A stretch of DNA of 63,715 bases, counting the filler. It is 10 parts of 10 records of this genome, joined end to end, with 100 filler letters (N's around TTAATTAATTAA, not from the genome) between each part and the next. Parts side by side here need not be neighbours in the genome. Positions count along the whole stretch, not along the records: positions 42,365 to 52,614 come from SRR31147125_36744; positions 52,715 to 57,898 come from SRR31147125_36762; 8 more parts are not named here. One strand, given 5' to 3'. The notes below the pieces were generated by a model, which was given only the letters and a program-made list of their open reading frames with translations, was not told the origin of the DNA and searched no databases. Below, piece by piece: positions 42,792 through 54,774 of this stretch. Positions within the stretch are counted from its first letter, which is position 1, and every line of letters starts with the position of its first letter. The position numbers and the translations under genes are program-made.

Positions 42792-44255
42792 ATGAGTAGA
42801 GTATTAGAAAATTTAGAACCTCAAAAAGTGATGTACTATTTCGAGGAGATAAGTGCTATACCTAGAGGTTCAAAAAACGAGCAAGAGATAAGTGATTATT
42901 TAGTTAAGTTTGCAAAAGATAGAGGACTTGAAGTTATTCAAGATGACGCTCTAAATGTAATTATGAAGAAAAAAGCTACAGCAGGATATGAGCATGTACC
43001 AACTGTAATTTTACAGGGACATATGGATATGGTTTGTGAGAAAAATCAAGATACTGAACATGATTTTGAAAAAGATGGAATCAAACTACAAATAAAAGAT
43101 GGTTTCATAATGGGAACTGGTACAACTCTTGGTGCTGATAATGGAATAGCTGTAGCGTTTGCACTAGCTGTCCTTGATTCTGATGATATAGAACACCCTC
43201 AGTTGGAGGTTTTAATCACTGCTGACGAAGAGATGGGAATGGGAGGAGCAATAGCCCTAGACTCAAGCTTACTTACTGGTAAGATGTTATTAAACATTGA
43301 TACAGAAGAGGAAGGTGAACTATATGTAAGTTGTGCTGGCGGTGCCAGAGGAGAGCTAAAAATTCCTTACACTACAGAGGCAGCTGATTCGAATAAAGAA
43401 CAAATTCAGATTAAAGTAAGAGGGCTGTCTGGAGGTCATTCTGGTTGCGACATTCATCTGCAAAAAGCTAACTCAAATAAATTACTTGCTAGATTCTTAA
43501 ATAAGCTATTAGGTGAAACGGAGTATAAGCTAATCTCTATATCAGGCGGTGCAAAGGACAATGCTATTCCTAGAGAAGCCGATGCGATAATTGAATTAGC
43601 AGAAAATAATATTAAAACCGTTGAAACTCTAATAACTGAATACAACAAAATATATCAAGCTGAGTTCTCCGTATCTGATGCAGGTGTAACTCTATCATAT
43701 GAAAAAATAACAAAACAAGAAGTGGTTATGAATTCAGCTTCAACTAAAAAAGTTGTTTCAGCACTATTCCTTCACCCTAACGGTATCAAAAGAATGAGTC
43801 TTGACGTAGAGGGATTGGTAGAAGCATCATTAAATGTTGGTGTAGTTCAAACTAATGAGAACTACGTTCAAGCGGGAAGTGCTATCAGAAGTTCTGTATT
43901 AACTACTATGAAAGATATGGAAGATGAACTAGTAACATTAGCTGACAATCTAGGTATAGAGTTTACAACAGGGGCACATTACCCAGCATGGCAGTATAGG
44001 GCTGATTCGCCGTTAAGAGATCTAATGGCAGATGTTTATGAAAAAATGAATGGTAAAAAGCCTGAGATCAAAGCAATTCACGCAGGTTTAGAATGCGGTA
44101 TACTTGATGAGAAATTCGATGATCTAGATATGATCTCTATAGGACCAAACATCTTCGGAGCACATACTCCTGAAGAAAGAGTTGAGATTGCATCAACTGA
44201 AAGAGTATGGAAATATTTTGTAGAAGTATTGGCCGATATGAAAAATAGATTTTAA
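42792..44255 (+). CDS. pepD: Aminoacyl-histidine dipeptidase (M20C), copy 1
   Basis: QGHMDMV, LGADNG, DEE, DTEE, GGHSG, HAGLECG, GAHTP. Confidence 0.93.
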   Translation: MSRVLENLEPQKVMYYFEEISAIPRGSKNEQEISDYLVKFAKDRGLEVIQDDALNVIMKKKATAGYEHVPTVILQGHMDMVCEKNQDTEHDFEKDGIKLQIKDGFIMGTGTTLGADNGIAVAFALAVLDSDDIEHPQLEVLITADEEMGMGGAIALDSSLLTGKMLLNIDTEEEGELYVSCAGGARGELKIPYTTEAADSNKEQIQIKVRGLSGGHSGCDIHLQKANSNKLLARFLNKLLGETEYKLISISGGAKDNAIPREADAIIELAENNIKTVETLITEYNKIYQAEFSVSDAGVTLSYEKITKQEVVMNSASTKKVVSALFLHPNGIKRMSLDVEGLVEASLNVGVVQTNENYVQAGSAIRSSVLTTMKDMEDELVTLADNLGIEFTTGAHYPAWQYRADSPLRDLMADVYEKMNGKKPEIKAIHAGLECGILDEKFDDLDMISIGPNIFGAHTPEERVEIASTERVWKYFVEVLADMKNRF

Positions 44256-44270
44256 TTTTTAATAAATAGG

Positions 44271-44302
44271 AATCCCCTTTTTTGGATAAAGGGGATTTTT
44301 TT
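44271..44302 (+). terminator. Intrinsic terminator between the pepD copies
   Basis: AATCCCCTTT...AAAGGGGATT plus T-run. Confidence 0.8.
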
Positions 44303-44395
44303 ATGTTATAGTAAAATATGTCGATTAAATTAATAAAGGCTTTACATAAGTTGTAGCTTAGAGTAGATATAACAAATAAACTCTGATAGAAGGAC

Positions 44396-45913
44396 GTGAG
44401 TAATATGAGTAGAGTATTAGAGGGAATAGAACCAAATAAGGTTTTTAAATATTTTGAGGAAATTAGTGCAATACCTAGAGCCTCATATAATGAGCTAGAG
44501 ATAACTGATTATTTGATTAAGTTTGCTAATGACAGAGGCTTAGAGGTTATCAGAGATAAATATCTAAATATCATTATAAAAAAACCAGCAAGTAAAGGTT
44601 ATGAAAACGTACCAACTATAGTTATACAGGGACATACAGATATGGTATGTGAGAAAAACCAAGATACAGATCATGATTTTGAAAAAGAGGGAATTAAACT
44701 ACAAGTTAAGGGAGATTTTGTAAGTGCTATAGGAACAACTCTTGGTTCGGATAATGGGATAGGTGTAGCATTTGCTTTAGCACTTCTTGATTCTGATGAT
44801 TTAGGGCATCCAGCTCTGGAAATTTTACTTACTAGCGATGAGGAGCATGGTATGGACGGTGCGAGATATCTTGACCCTGAGCTGATAAAAGGAAGATATC
44901 TAATTAACCTCGATGCAGAAGAGGAAGGGCACATGTATGTAGGTTGTGCTGGTGGTTTTAGAGGGACTATAAATATTCCTATAAATAGAGAGAATCTAAA
45001 TCCTGTTAACACAATTTTTCATATAAAAGTTAGAGGACTTGTTGGAGGACACTCAGGTTTTGATATCCATCTACAGAGAGGTAACTCAAATAAACTATTA
45101 GGTCGATTTCTAAATAAACTATATAACGAAGTAGGATTTAAATTAATCTCCATTTCGGGTGGAGTAAAGGATAATGCTATTCCTAGGGAAGCGGACGCTA
45201 TAATAGAGATTGATTCAAGTAAAGTTGAGATAGCAGAGAAGCTTGCAAAAGAATACACTGAAATTTATAAACAAGAGTATACAAAAGCTGACTTTGCAGT
45301 AAATATCTTCTGTGAAAAGCTTAGTGAAACTCAACATACAAGGGTATTGACTAATGAAGCCAGCAAAAAAGTAATTTCACTGCTATTTCTACACGCAAAT
45401 GGAGTTCAGAGAATAAGTGAGGAGATAGCCGGGATAGTAGAAACATCTCTAAATGTAGGAGTTATTAAAACTACAGAAGAATATGTACAGGTGATCAGCA
45501 TCATTCGAAGCTCCGTTGATAGCACTCAGACTCTTTTATTAGATGAGATGAAGGAGTTAGCAGATGTTTTGGGAGTAGAATTTACAGATTCCGATCATTA
45601 TCCTACATGGCATTATAGATGTCAATCACAACTTCGCGAGCATATGAAGAGTGTGTATAAAAAACTAACTAATAATGAGATGGAGATAAAGGGGACACAT
45701 GCTGGTCTAGAGTGTGGTTTCTTTGATGAAAAATATGACAATATCGATATAGTGGCAATAGGGCCTAACATTTATGGTGCACATACTCCTGAAGAGAAAA
45801 TGTCTATATCTTCCGTACAAAATGTATGGGAGTATTTCGTTAAAACATTGGAAGAGATGAATAATATCAAATGGGATACAAATATAAAAAAGGAGCATTG
45901 TTCCATTGTTTAA
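44396..45913 (+). CDS. pepD: Aminoacyl-histidine dipeptidase (M20C), copy 2
   Basis: QGHTDMV, LGSDNG, DEEH, DAEE, GGHSG, HAGLECG, GAHTP. Confidence 0.92.
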   Translation: MSNMSRVLEGIEPNKVFKYFEEISAIPRASYNELEITDYLIKFANDRGLEVIRDKYLNIIIKKPASKGYENVPTIVIQGHTDMVCEKNQDTDHDFEKEGIKLQVKGDFVSAIGTTLGSDNGIGVAFALALLDSDDLGHPALEILLTSDEEHGMDGARYLDPELIKGRYLINLDAEEEGHMYVGCAGGFRGTINIPINRENLNPVNTIFHIKVRGLVGGHSGFDIHLQRGNSNKLLGRFLNKLYNEVGFKLISISGGVKDNAIPREADAIIEIDSSKVEIAEKLAKEYTEIYKQEYTKADFAVNIFCEKLSETQHTRVLTNEASKKVISLLFLHANGVQRISEEIAGIVETSLNVGVIKTTEEYVQVISIIRSSVDSTQTLLLDEMKELADVLGVEFTDSDHYPTWHYRCQSQLREHMKSVYKKLTNNEMEIKGTHAGLECGFFDEKYDNIDIVAIGPNIYGAHTPEEKMSISSVQNVWEYFVKTLEEMNNIKWDTNIKKEHCSIV

Positions 45914-46114
45914 TCTTTATTTAAAATATAAATTATCAATTGGTCACTCTGATTTTTATTTTCTCTTGATATTGATAAAAAATATGGTTAAACTATTATT
46001 ATTAAAGAGTTTTGCACAAAGCATAAGTTTAGAGTGAAACATGAGTTAAGTTTTTACTTAACGAAAAATTTATAGATTTTACTCAATCACGATTAAATCT
46101 GAGGAGGAATAATA

Positions 46115-46633
46115 ATGTTAGAATTACTTTACAAAAGAAGAAGTATTAGGAAATATCTAGAGAAAAATGTTGAAAAAGAGAAAGTTGATAAAATAATAGA
46201 AGCGGCACTATTATCTCCGTCGTCTAAAGCTAGAAGACCATGGGAATTTATAATTGTAGATGATAAAAAAACTATAGAGAAACTTGCAGCTTCTAAGCAA
46301 CATGGATCACAATTTCTAACAACTGCACCTCTTGCTATAGTTGTACTAGCAAAAGTTATGAACACTGACGTATGGGTAGAGGATGCCTCAATCGCCTCAA
46401 CAATTATCCAGCTGGAAGCTGAAACTCTAGATCTAGGTTCGTGCTGGATACAGATAAGGAATAGAATGCACACAGAGAATGAAGCTTCGGAAAAATATAT
46501 ACAAACTTTGTTGGATATCCCTGAGGAAATAAAAGTAGAATCTATCATTGGAATAGGTTATCCAGATGAAGAGAAATCTGCATATAACAAAGAAAATTTG
46601 TTATTTGATAAAGTTCATTATAACAAGTATTAG
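46115..46633 (+). CDS. Nitroreductase family protein
   Basis: RRSIRKY, SPSS...PWEF, LGSCWIQ, IGYP; strong GAGGAGG RBS. Confidence 0.92.
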   Translation: MLELLYKRRSIRKYLEKNVEKEKVDKIIEAALLSPSSKARRPWEFIIVDDKKTIEKLAASKQHGSQFLTTAPLAIVVLAKVMNTDVWVEDASIASTIIQLEAETLDLGSCWIQIRNRMHTENEASEKYIQTLLDIPEEIKVESIIGIGYPDEEKSAYNKENLLFDKVHYNKY

Positions 46634-46793
46634 TTATATAGAATACATCTTTCATTAAAAAAAAATGATAAGTATATTACAAAATATTCTAATAATTAAA
46701 CTTTTAATAATTTTGATTTTTTTAGGGGTAATAATGTTTTTTTGTAATATAATAATTAGTAGATAGTAGTTTCTCCATTTTGGGGGTATAAAA

Positions 46794-47547
46794 ATGAAAA
46801 GTGTAATCTTATTAATCTTAGTAATTGCAGTTACTTCAATTACTTATTCTGAGGAAGTTATATTAAAAATTGATTTTCAAAATACTCAACCAAAATATAT
46901 AGAGCTAGATGATGGTAACTTTGAAGGTTTATGTTGTGAACTAATAAAATTAATTGAAGAAAACTCCGAATATCGATTTGAAAATAGCAATAAACTTGCA
47001 AGCTTAAGGCGAGTTATATACAACATAGAAAACAATGTAAGTGACGTTCATTTAGGTTTATTAAAAAATGCTGAACGAGAAAAAACAATGAAATATGGGG
47101 AACCTCTATATAAAAGAAAATTAGTATTTATATCAAAAAAATGAACCTATAATAATAAATAGCCTTGAAGATATTATCAAGCTCGGTGATAAAGGTAAAG
47201 TTTTCAGTTTAGCTGGAAACTCGACTAATAATGCTCTAAAGGAGAAAGGCATAATCATCGATGACAATCATAATACACCTGAGCAATTGGTGCTTAAGTT
47301 ACTTCATCCAAGAGAAGCTAGGTTTGCACTTTATCACGACTTGGGATTTAACTACCAACTTAATAAAAAATTATATGCTAATAAATTTAAAATTCATCCG
47401 TTTATCCTTAACGAGCGCTATCATTACATGGTATTTTCGAATAAAGTTTCTCAGGAAACTATTGATGGGATTGCCAAAGTAATCAAAGCTCTAAAAGCTA
47501 GTGGTAAATGGAGTGAAGTACTTATAAAATACGGATTAAGTCTGTAG
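46794..47547 (+). CDS. Solute-binding protein family 3-like (frameshift in A7 run at 47135-47141)
   Basis: Signal peptide, PKY...GLCCEL, and terminal LKASGKWSEVLIKY in the +1 frame. Confidence 0.75.
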
Positions 47548-47554
47548 CGAAGTA

Positions 47555-47587
47555 ATCAACAACCTACGCCGCAAGCGACGAGGTATG
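47555..47587. mobile_element. Possible IS200/IS605-type end remnant
   Basis: ATCAACAACCTACGCCGCAAGCGACGAGGTAT, a GC-rich imperfect hairpin in AT-rich DNA; no transposase nearby. Confidence 0.4.
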
Positions 47588-47644
47588 GTGTTACAGAAAA
47601 ACAATTCGACAATTTCATATTATCTATAATAAAAAATAAAAATA

Positions 47645-47684
47645 GCCTGACTAAAAAGTTCTATATAAAACTTTTTAGTCAGGC
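47645..47684. terminator. 16-bp stem bidirectional terminator
   Basis: GCCTGACTAAAAAGTT / AACTTTTTAGTCAGGC between convergent genes. Confidence 0.8.
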
Positions 47685-47699
47685 ATTATTTATTTTATG

Positions 47700-48197
47700 C
47701 TAAAATCCTAGAGCTTCTTCTATTTTAGGGAAATATTCACTATAGTTCTGAGTAATATTCTTGAAGAATTGAAGAATTATTTTTACTTTCTCATCAGGGA
47801 AATCAGAGCACATATCTTTCAAAATTGAATTTTCTATTCCAATCAAATCAATCTCTCTAGCCTCTTGCGTAGAAAACACCTGGTATTTTTTGCTATCATT
47901 TGAAGCAAACTCTTTATATGCAAAGCCTTTTTTTATTAAACTTTCAATAACCCTGCTCATTCCAGCTCTATCTTTATCCACCTTGTTTTGCAAATCTTTT
48001 TGCAAAATTCCTTCATTTCCTAAAATATGGGAAAGAACTAAAAACTCTTCAAGAGTAATCTTTATACCATTTTTCTTTAGTTCCTCTATTATTTTTTTCT
48101 TTAATCCCCGAGAAGTAATTATTAAAGCTCTTAATGGATTTCTCATTGAATTTAAGTCTTTTAGATCTAATTCATTCATTATATCGAGCCCTTTCAT
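47700..48197 (-). CDS. MarR-family regulator
   Basis: ITLEEFLVL...GILQKDL...DRAGMSRVIESLIKKG. Confidence 0.85.
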   Translation of the reverse strand: MKGLDIMNELDLKDLNSMRNPLRALIITSRGLKKKIIEELKKNGIKITLEEFLVLSHILGNEGILQKDLQNKVDKDRAGMSRVIESLIKKGFAYKEFASNDSKKYQVFSTQEAREIDLIGIENSILKDMCSDFPDEKVKIILQFFKNITQNYSEYFPKIEEALGF

Positions 48198-48290
48198 AAC
48201 TTTTATTGATTGATTTTTTAGACATTATATTTCTATTGATTATATCATACAATACATCTCCGCCATAACTTGCTTTGATAACTGTACAAC

Positions 48291-50186
<1,896 letters not shown>

Positions 50187-50188
50187 TT

Positions 50189-50243
50189 ATTGTCTATAAC
50201 AACATAATTGAGTATACCATGATTTGTTGTTTATGACAACAAA
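50189..50243 (-). promoter_or_regulatory. Sigma70 promoter with two palindromic operator boxes
   Basis: -35 TTGTCA (50239-50234), 17 bp spacer, TG-extended -10 TATACT (50216-50211); boxes ATTGTCTATAACAAC and GTTGTTTATGACAAC. Confidence 0.75.
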
Positions 50244-50438
50244 AAATATGGATTCCCCTCACTCTGTTTTGAATCAAGGCAGAAAACCGTATAAATATCA
50301 GAGGAATGAGAATTAAAGCCATTAATCGATATTTTATAAAAACTCGAAAATATGGATTTTTTTATTTTGTAAAACTTAGCTTAAAATAGTATAATGTATT
50401 AGTTTAAAACTAATTTTCGATAGATTACAGGAGTCAAT

Positions 50439-51332
50439 ATGAAAACTTCCATTGAATATTTACCACAAATAAAACAAGCTGAACTAAGTAGATTAGTTGA
50501 ACTTATCGAGAAGAGATTTTCGAAAACTATAGAGATGGTTATTCTATATGGTAGCTATGCTCGAAACACTTGGGTTGAGGATAAATATGTAGAGAGTGAT
50601 ATCACGTATGAGTACAAAAGTGATTATGATATATTGCTAGTAACTAAGGCTGACGGCAGAGCAAATAGTAAAAGTTTTGCTGAGCAAGTCAAGGGTTATA
50701 TTGATAGAAATCTGGAAATTGATACACCTATTAATTTTATCTTTCATGGTTATGGATATATTATTAATATGCTTCGTGAGAGTCGATATTTCTTTTGTGA
50801 TATATATTATGAAGGAATCGTTCTCTATAATCAGAATGAACGTGTATTTCCTAAACCAAGTGAGGTAAGTTATGCTATGAGATTAGAGAAAGCTCATGAG
50901 TATATGGAGAAATGGTATAAAAGTGCGCTTAGATTTTTGGAAGGATTTGATTTTTACTTAGGTCGTGGTGAAGAAGATGAGGAGTTTTATAAAAACGCTT
51001 CGCTTGAGCTTCATCAGACTGCGGAGAGGTTATACATTACAACTATACTAATCTTCACTGACTACAAGCCCAAAACTCATGATTTGGATATTTTGAATAC
51101 TCAGGTTATCAAAGAGGATTCTCGTTTTTCTATTGTGTTTCCGCAAGTTACACAGGAGGAGAAGGATATGTTTAATCTCTTGAGGGAGGCATATATCAGT
51201 TCGCGATATAAGAAAAATTTTGTAGTTACAAGGGAACAACTGGAATATTTGGCTCAAAGGGTTGAGCTATTGAAAGAACTGACTTTTGAAGTTTGTAATG
51301 AGAAAATAAAGATGTTTCAGGAATTGAGTTAA
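50439..51332 (+). CDS. Fused nucleotidyltransferase (MNT) and HEPN protein
   Basis: LYGSYAR...SDYDILLV; LHQTAE...KPKTHDL...AYISSRY. Confidence 0.88.
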   Translation: MKTSIEYLPQIKQAELSRLVELIEKRFSKTIEMVILYGSYARNTWVEDKYVESDITYEYKSDYDILLVTKADGRANSKSFAEQVKGYIDRNLEIDTPINFIFHGYGYIINMLRESRYFFCDIYYEGIVLYNQNERVFPKPSEVSYAMRLEKAHEYMEKWYKSALRFLEGFDFYLGRGEEDEEFYKNASLELHQTAERLYITTILIFTDYKPKTHDLDILNTQVIKEDSRFSIVFPQVTQEEKDMFNLLREAYISSRYKKNFVVTREQLEYLAQRVELLKELTFEVCNEKIKMFQELS

Positions 51333-51450
51333 GAAGGTAAATAGGAAATTTTATATAAATATAACTCCCCTAAGCATATATGTTATGTGAGGGAGTTTTT
51401 TTATTATTTAATTAAAAAATCAAAGTTATTATTTTTTTCAAAATAACACC

Positions 51451-51480
51451 ATTATTCAAATAAAAATTTATTTGAATAAT
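51451..51480. repeat. Perfect 14-bp inverted repeat
   Basis: ATTATTCAAATAAA-AA-TTTATTTGAATAAT. Confidence 0.6.
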
Positions 51481-51655
51481 CTTTCTCAATTTTTTTAGGA
51501 TTAATTCTTTTGCTTTTTGAATATCATTTTCTTCAATTTATCCTCCTATGTATCCTAATAAATTTAACCACTCACAACAATATAACACTTGAAATATTCC
51601 AATTTATTAGGAAATATACTATAATAGTATTAAGAGTGTTGAGGAGGGTGGAACC

Positions 51656-52384
51656 ATGGTTATTTCAAGTAACAAATTAAAATATAATCGCTTATTCTGC
51701 GTTACTATTTTTATTTTCACCCTTACAATTACAACATACACAAAAGAAAAACTAGTCTTTTCTACTATTCATTCAATTGTAATTGATGCCTCTGCTGAGA
51801 TACTCAAGGTAGCCTACGAAAGGATCGGTTATGAAGTAGAATTCAAATTAATGCCAGGAAAAAGATCCCTCTATGAATCAAACAAAGGGCGAACTGATGG
51901 GGAAACTGCTAGAATTAGAGGCATAAATAAAGTTTATGAAAATTTAATTCTTGTAGATGTTCCTATAAATAGTTTTGAGATTAGGGTTTTTTCGAAAAAG
52001 TATGACTTTTATATTGATGACATCAATAATTTCAAAGACTACACATTTGCTATCCGAAGGGGAATCGTTATCTATGAGAAATTGTTAGGTGATTTTAATA
52101 AGGTTTATTCTGAAGATAGTGATTTAAATTTTAAGAGATTAAACTCAGATGTAGTTGATTTTATTCTTACCACTGGTATAACTGGTTTGGTTAGAATAAA
52201 GAATAAGCCATATAAAGGTATAAAGATGCTCGAACCTTCCCTTGCAGAGTACCATCTATATCATTATGTACATAAGAAAAATGAAGAAATAGTACCAAAA
52301 ATTACCGCTGTACTACAAGAGATGGAAAAGAGCGGTGAAATAGATAGAATAAAGAATACTTATTATGATAGTCTGCTAAAATAA
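51656..52384 (+). CDS. Solute-binding protein family 3-like
   Basis: Signal peptide, PGKRSL...DGETAR, LYHYVHKK, MEKSGEI. Confidence 0.8.
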   Translation: MVISSNKLKYNRLFCVTIFIFTLTITTYTKEKLVFSTIHSIVIDASAEILKVAYERIGYEVEFKLMPGKRSLYESNKGRTDGETARIRGINKVYENLILVDVPINSFEIRVFSKKYDFYIDDINNFKDYTFAIRRGIVIYEKLLGDFNKVYSEDSDLNFKRLNSDVVDFILTTGITGLVRIKNKPYKGIKMLEPSLAEYHLYHYVHKKNEEIVPKITAVLQEMEKSGEIDRIKNTYYDSLLK

Positions 52385-52405
52385 GATAATATTATTTTAA
52401 ATATA

Positions 52406-52442
52406 AAAACCCTCACACTCAGAAATGAGCGAGAGGGTTTTT
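52406..52442. terminator. Bidirectional terminator
   Basis: AAAACCCTC...GAGGGTTTT. Confidence 0.7.
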
Positions 52443-52451
52443 ATGATGGAA

Positions 52452-52532
52452 TTATATTTGGTCTTTGAATTGTTTATTACCTAACCCAATAAATACCGAC
52501 ATTAAACCAACAGCTATTAGTACACTTAACAT
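52452..52532 (-). CDS. 26-aa hydrophobic small protein
   Basis: AGGAGG RBS 9 nt upstream; MLSVLIAVGLMSVFIGLGNKQFKDQI*; terminator immediately downstream. Confidence 0.6.
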   Translation of the reverse strand: MLSVLIAVGLMSVFIGLGNKQFKDQI

Positions 52533-52714
52533 AATAATTTGCCTCCTTTTAGAATATTTAATATTTATAAAAATTTATTATTTATTTTAAACTCGATGGA
52601 TTATAACATTAAAANNNNNNNNNNNNNNNNNNNNNNNNNNNNNNNNNNNNNNNNNNNNTTAATTAATTAANNNNNNNNNNNNNNNNNNNNNNNNNNNNNN
52701 NNNNNNNNNNNNNN

Positions 52715-52740
52715 CGACGAGTTTTTCAACAGCCTGCTAG
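52715..52740. mobile_element. Probable IS terminal inverted repeat (IS5-like) at the contig edge
   Basis: GAGTTTTTCAACAGCCTG followed by CTAG; an assembly break here is consistent with a repeat. Confidence 0.5.
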
Positions 52741-52957
52741 GCTTCTTTCAAATCTGCCAACGTTCCTGCCTCAAGTTGCTGCTTACAACCAGCAACCTGC
52801 CAATACTTTGCAATTTTGGGTTAGATATTACCTTTGGAATAAGATTAAAGTAAAAAATAGTCAATTTAAGGCCTCATGTTCGTTTGGTGGGGCGTTTCAT
52901 GGCTACGCTATGTCAAGAAAATTTCTATCACTTAAATGTGACAGCAGGAGCGACCAC

Positions 52958-54223
52958 ATGTCTTATTCATCATGCCCGGAATCTTCTCTGAGCGTTTTTG
53001 AGTGGCCATTCGCCCGCATGATACGGCGTGCGGTGCGCAAGGGAACATTGAGCATATGCTACCCTTCCGGCAGCGTGAGGACTTATGGCGATGGCAATGC
53101 GCCAAAGGCAACCATTCGACTGAAAGATGTACAGGCGGTGCACGCAATTTACTGCGATCCCGCGCTTAAATTTGCCGAAATGTACATGGACGGCCGCATG
53201 GTTATTGAAGCGGATGAGCTTGATTCATTTCTGCAAATCGTCAAGATCAACCGTGCCAAAAGTTTTATCACGGTTCCCGCAATCGTCCTCACCTTATGGC
53301 GTAAGATTGAGCGCTTCTGGCGACGGCACATCACCCGTGAAACCGCGCAGCGCAATGTAGCGCATCATTATGATCTAGACGAAAAACTGTTTCGTCTCTT
53401 TCTGGACGATGATTTGCAATATTCCTGCGCCTATTTTGAGAGTTCCGGGATAAGCCTTGAGGACGCCCAGATTGCCAAGAAATGTCATATCGCGGCAAAG
53501 ATGCTGCTCGAGCCCGGTCAGCATGTCCTTGATATCGGCTGTGGTTGGGGTGGCACGGGACTTTTTCTCGCGCAAAATTTTAACGTAGACGTAACCGGCG
53601 TAACATTGTCCACTGAGCAGCAACGGGTTGCGCAGATGCGTACTCAAGCGTTAGGCCTGAGTGATAGCGTCCGTTTCGAACTTTGCGATTACCGTGCTGT
53701 GAAGGGTGAATTCGACAGACTGGTCTCAATTGGCATGTTCGAGCATGTCGGCCCGCAAAACTTTCTGTCCTATTTTTCGGCGGCCAAGCGCTTAATGAAG
53801 GATGACGGTGTATTTGTGCTACATTCCATCGGACGCGCCAAGCCAAACACGTTCGATCCTCCTTTTGTTGAGAAGTATATTTTCCCCAACGGACATATTC
53901 CGGCCCTCTCGGAAACACTGCGCGCGATTGAGCGTAGTAAGCTTCTGGTCAAGGATATCGAGATTCTGACTTATCATTATGCTGATACGCTGAAGCATTG
54001 GCGCAAACGCTTTAATGCCAACCGCAACAAAGTTCTAGAACTCTATGATGAGCGTTTTTTCCGTATGTGGGATCTTTATCTCGCCACTTCCGAAGTCAGC
54101 TTCCGCCACGGCAAACTTTTCAATTTCCAGATCCAGATTGTAAAAAAACAATCAACATCAAGGCCGACGCGCGACTATATAAGCGCGGTAGAATCAGCAC
54201 TTCGCAAGCGCCAGGGGATGTGA
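52958..54223 (+). CDS. cfa: Cyclopropane-fatty-acyl-phospholipid synthase family methyltransferase
   Basis: NVAHHYDL, YSCAYF, LDIGCGWG, SIGMFEHVG, KYIFP; AGGAG RBS before ATG 52958. Confidence 0.92.
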   Translation: MSYSSCPESSLSVFEWPFARMIRRAVRKGTLSICYPSGSVRTYGDGNAPKATIRLKDVQAVHAIYCDPALKFAEMYMDGRMVIEADELDSFLQIVKINRAKSFITVPAIVLTLWRKIERFWRRHITRETAQRNVAHHYDLDEKLFRLFLDDDLQYSCAYFESSGISLEDAQIAKKCHIAAKMLLEPGQHVLDIGCGWGGTGLFLAQNFNVDVTGVTLSTEQQRVAQMRTQALGLSDSVRFELCDYRAVKGEFDRLVSIGMFEHVGPQNFLSYFSAAKRLMKDDGVFVLHSIGRAKPNTFDPPFVEKYIFPNGHIPALSETLRAIERSKLLVKDIEILTYHYADTLKHWRKRFNANRNKVLELYDERFFRMWDLYLATSEVSFRHGKLFNFQIQIVKKQSTSRPTRDYISAVESALRKRQGM

Positions 54224-54468
54224 TATCGGCGGATGTCAAATACGCTGAAATCCAACACCTCGCCGAAAATTTCATTAGAATTTAGTGCATGGTTTACTCC
54301 ATCAGAATATTCCCCCAAAATGGCCTGAATGCCGTTTTTCCATGGGCATCAAGGCCTATGCATCGCTCTATGGGCAGCTGTGGGATCGGACCAGTTAAAC
54401 CAATGGAAAACTGCCATCTTCCCAAGGCCGTCATTTCTCAAAAATCTCGGATTAGAGAGGCCGGTTGA

Positions 54469-54653
54469 GGGTGTCAGAAACCTTCCATTACGAGAAAGGC
54501 CCATCTGATCACGTGATCAAATGGGCCTAATTTATTCCTCAAAATTTTCTCGTTGGCGAATTGTTGATATTGCCGTCTGATAATCAGTGACTTGTGAAAC
54601 GGGAAAAATTCCAGCCCTTTTTCGTTTTCAGGTGGCCCAAGGTTTGGACAACC
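54469..54653. mobile_element. Candidate MITE with imperfect terminal inverted repeats and an internal 32-bp palindrome
   Basis: GGGTGTCAGAAACCT ... AGGTTTGGACAACC; AGGCCCATCTGATCACGTGATCAAATGGGCCT at 54497-54528. Confidence 0.4.
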
Positions 54654-54774
54654 GATTTAAAGATTAACGGGTTTTTCTTGAAAGATGCATATTATCGTGG
54701 GCAGAAAATTAGTTCATGACGAACCGCTATTCGGCTCTGAAGTTCTCTGTACCAAGATATCTGCAGGTACTTCT

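Noticed and set aside
44354-44366. TAG-NN-TAG-NN-TAG as a HutP binding site
   Set aside because: Lies downstream of the terminator, inside a likely promoter spacer, and the spacing differs from the 4-nt spacers of the Bacillus hut site
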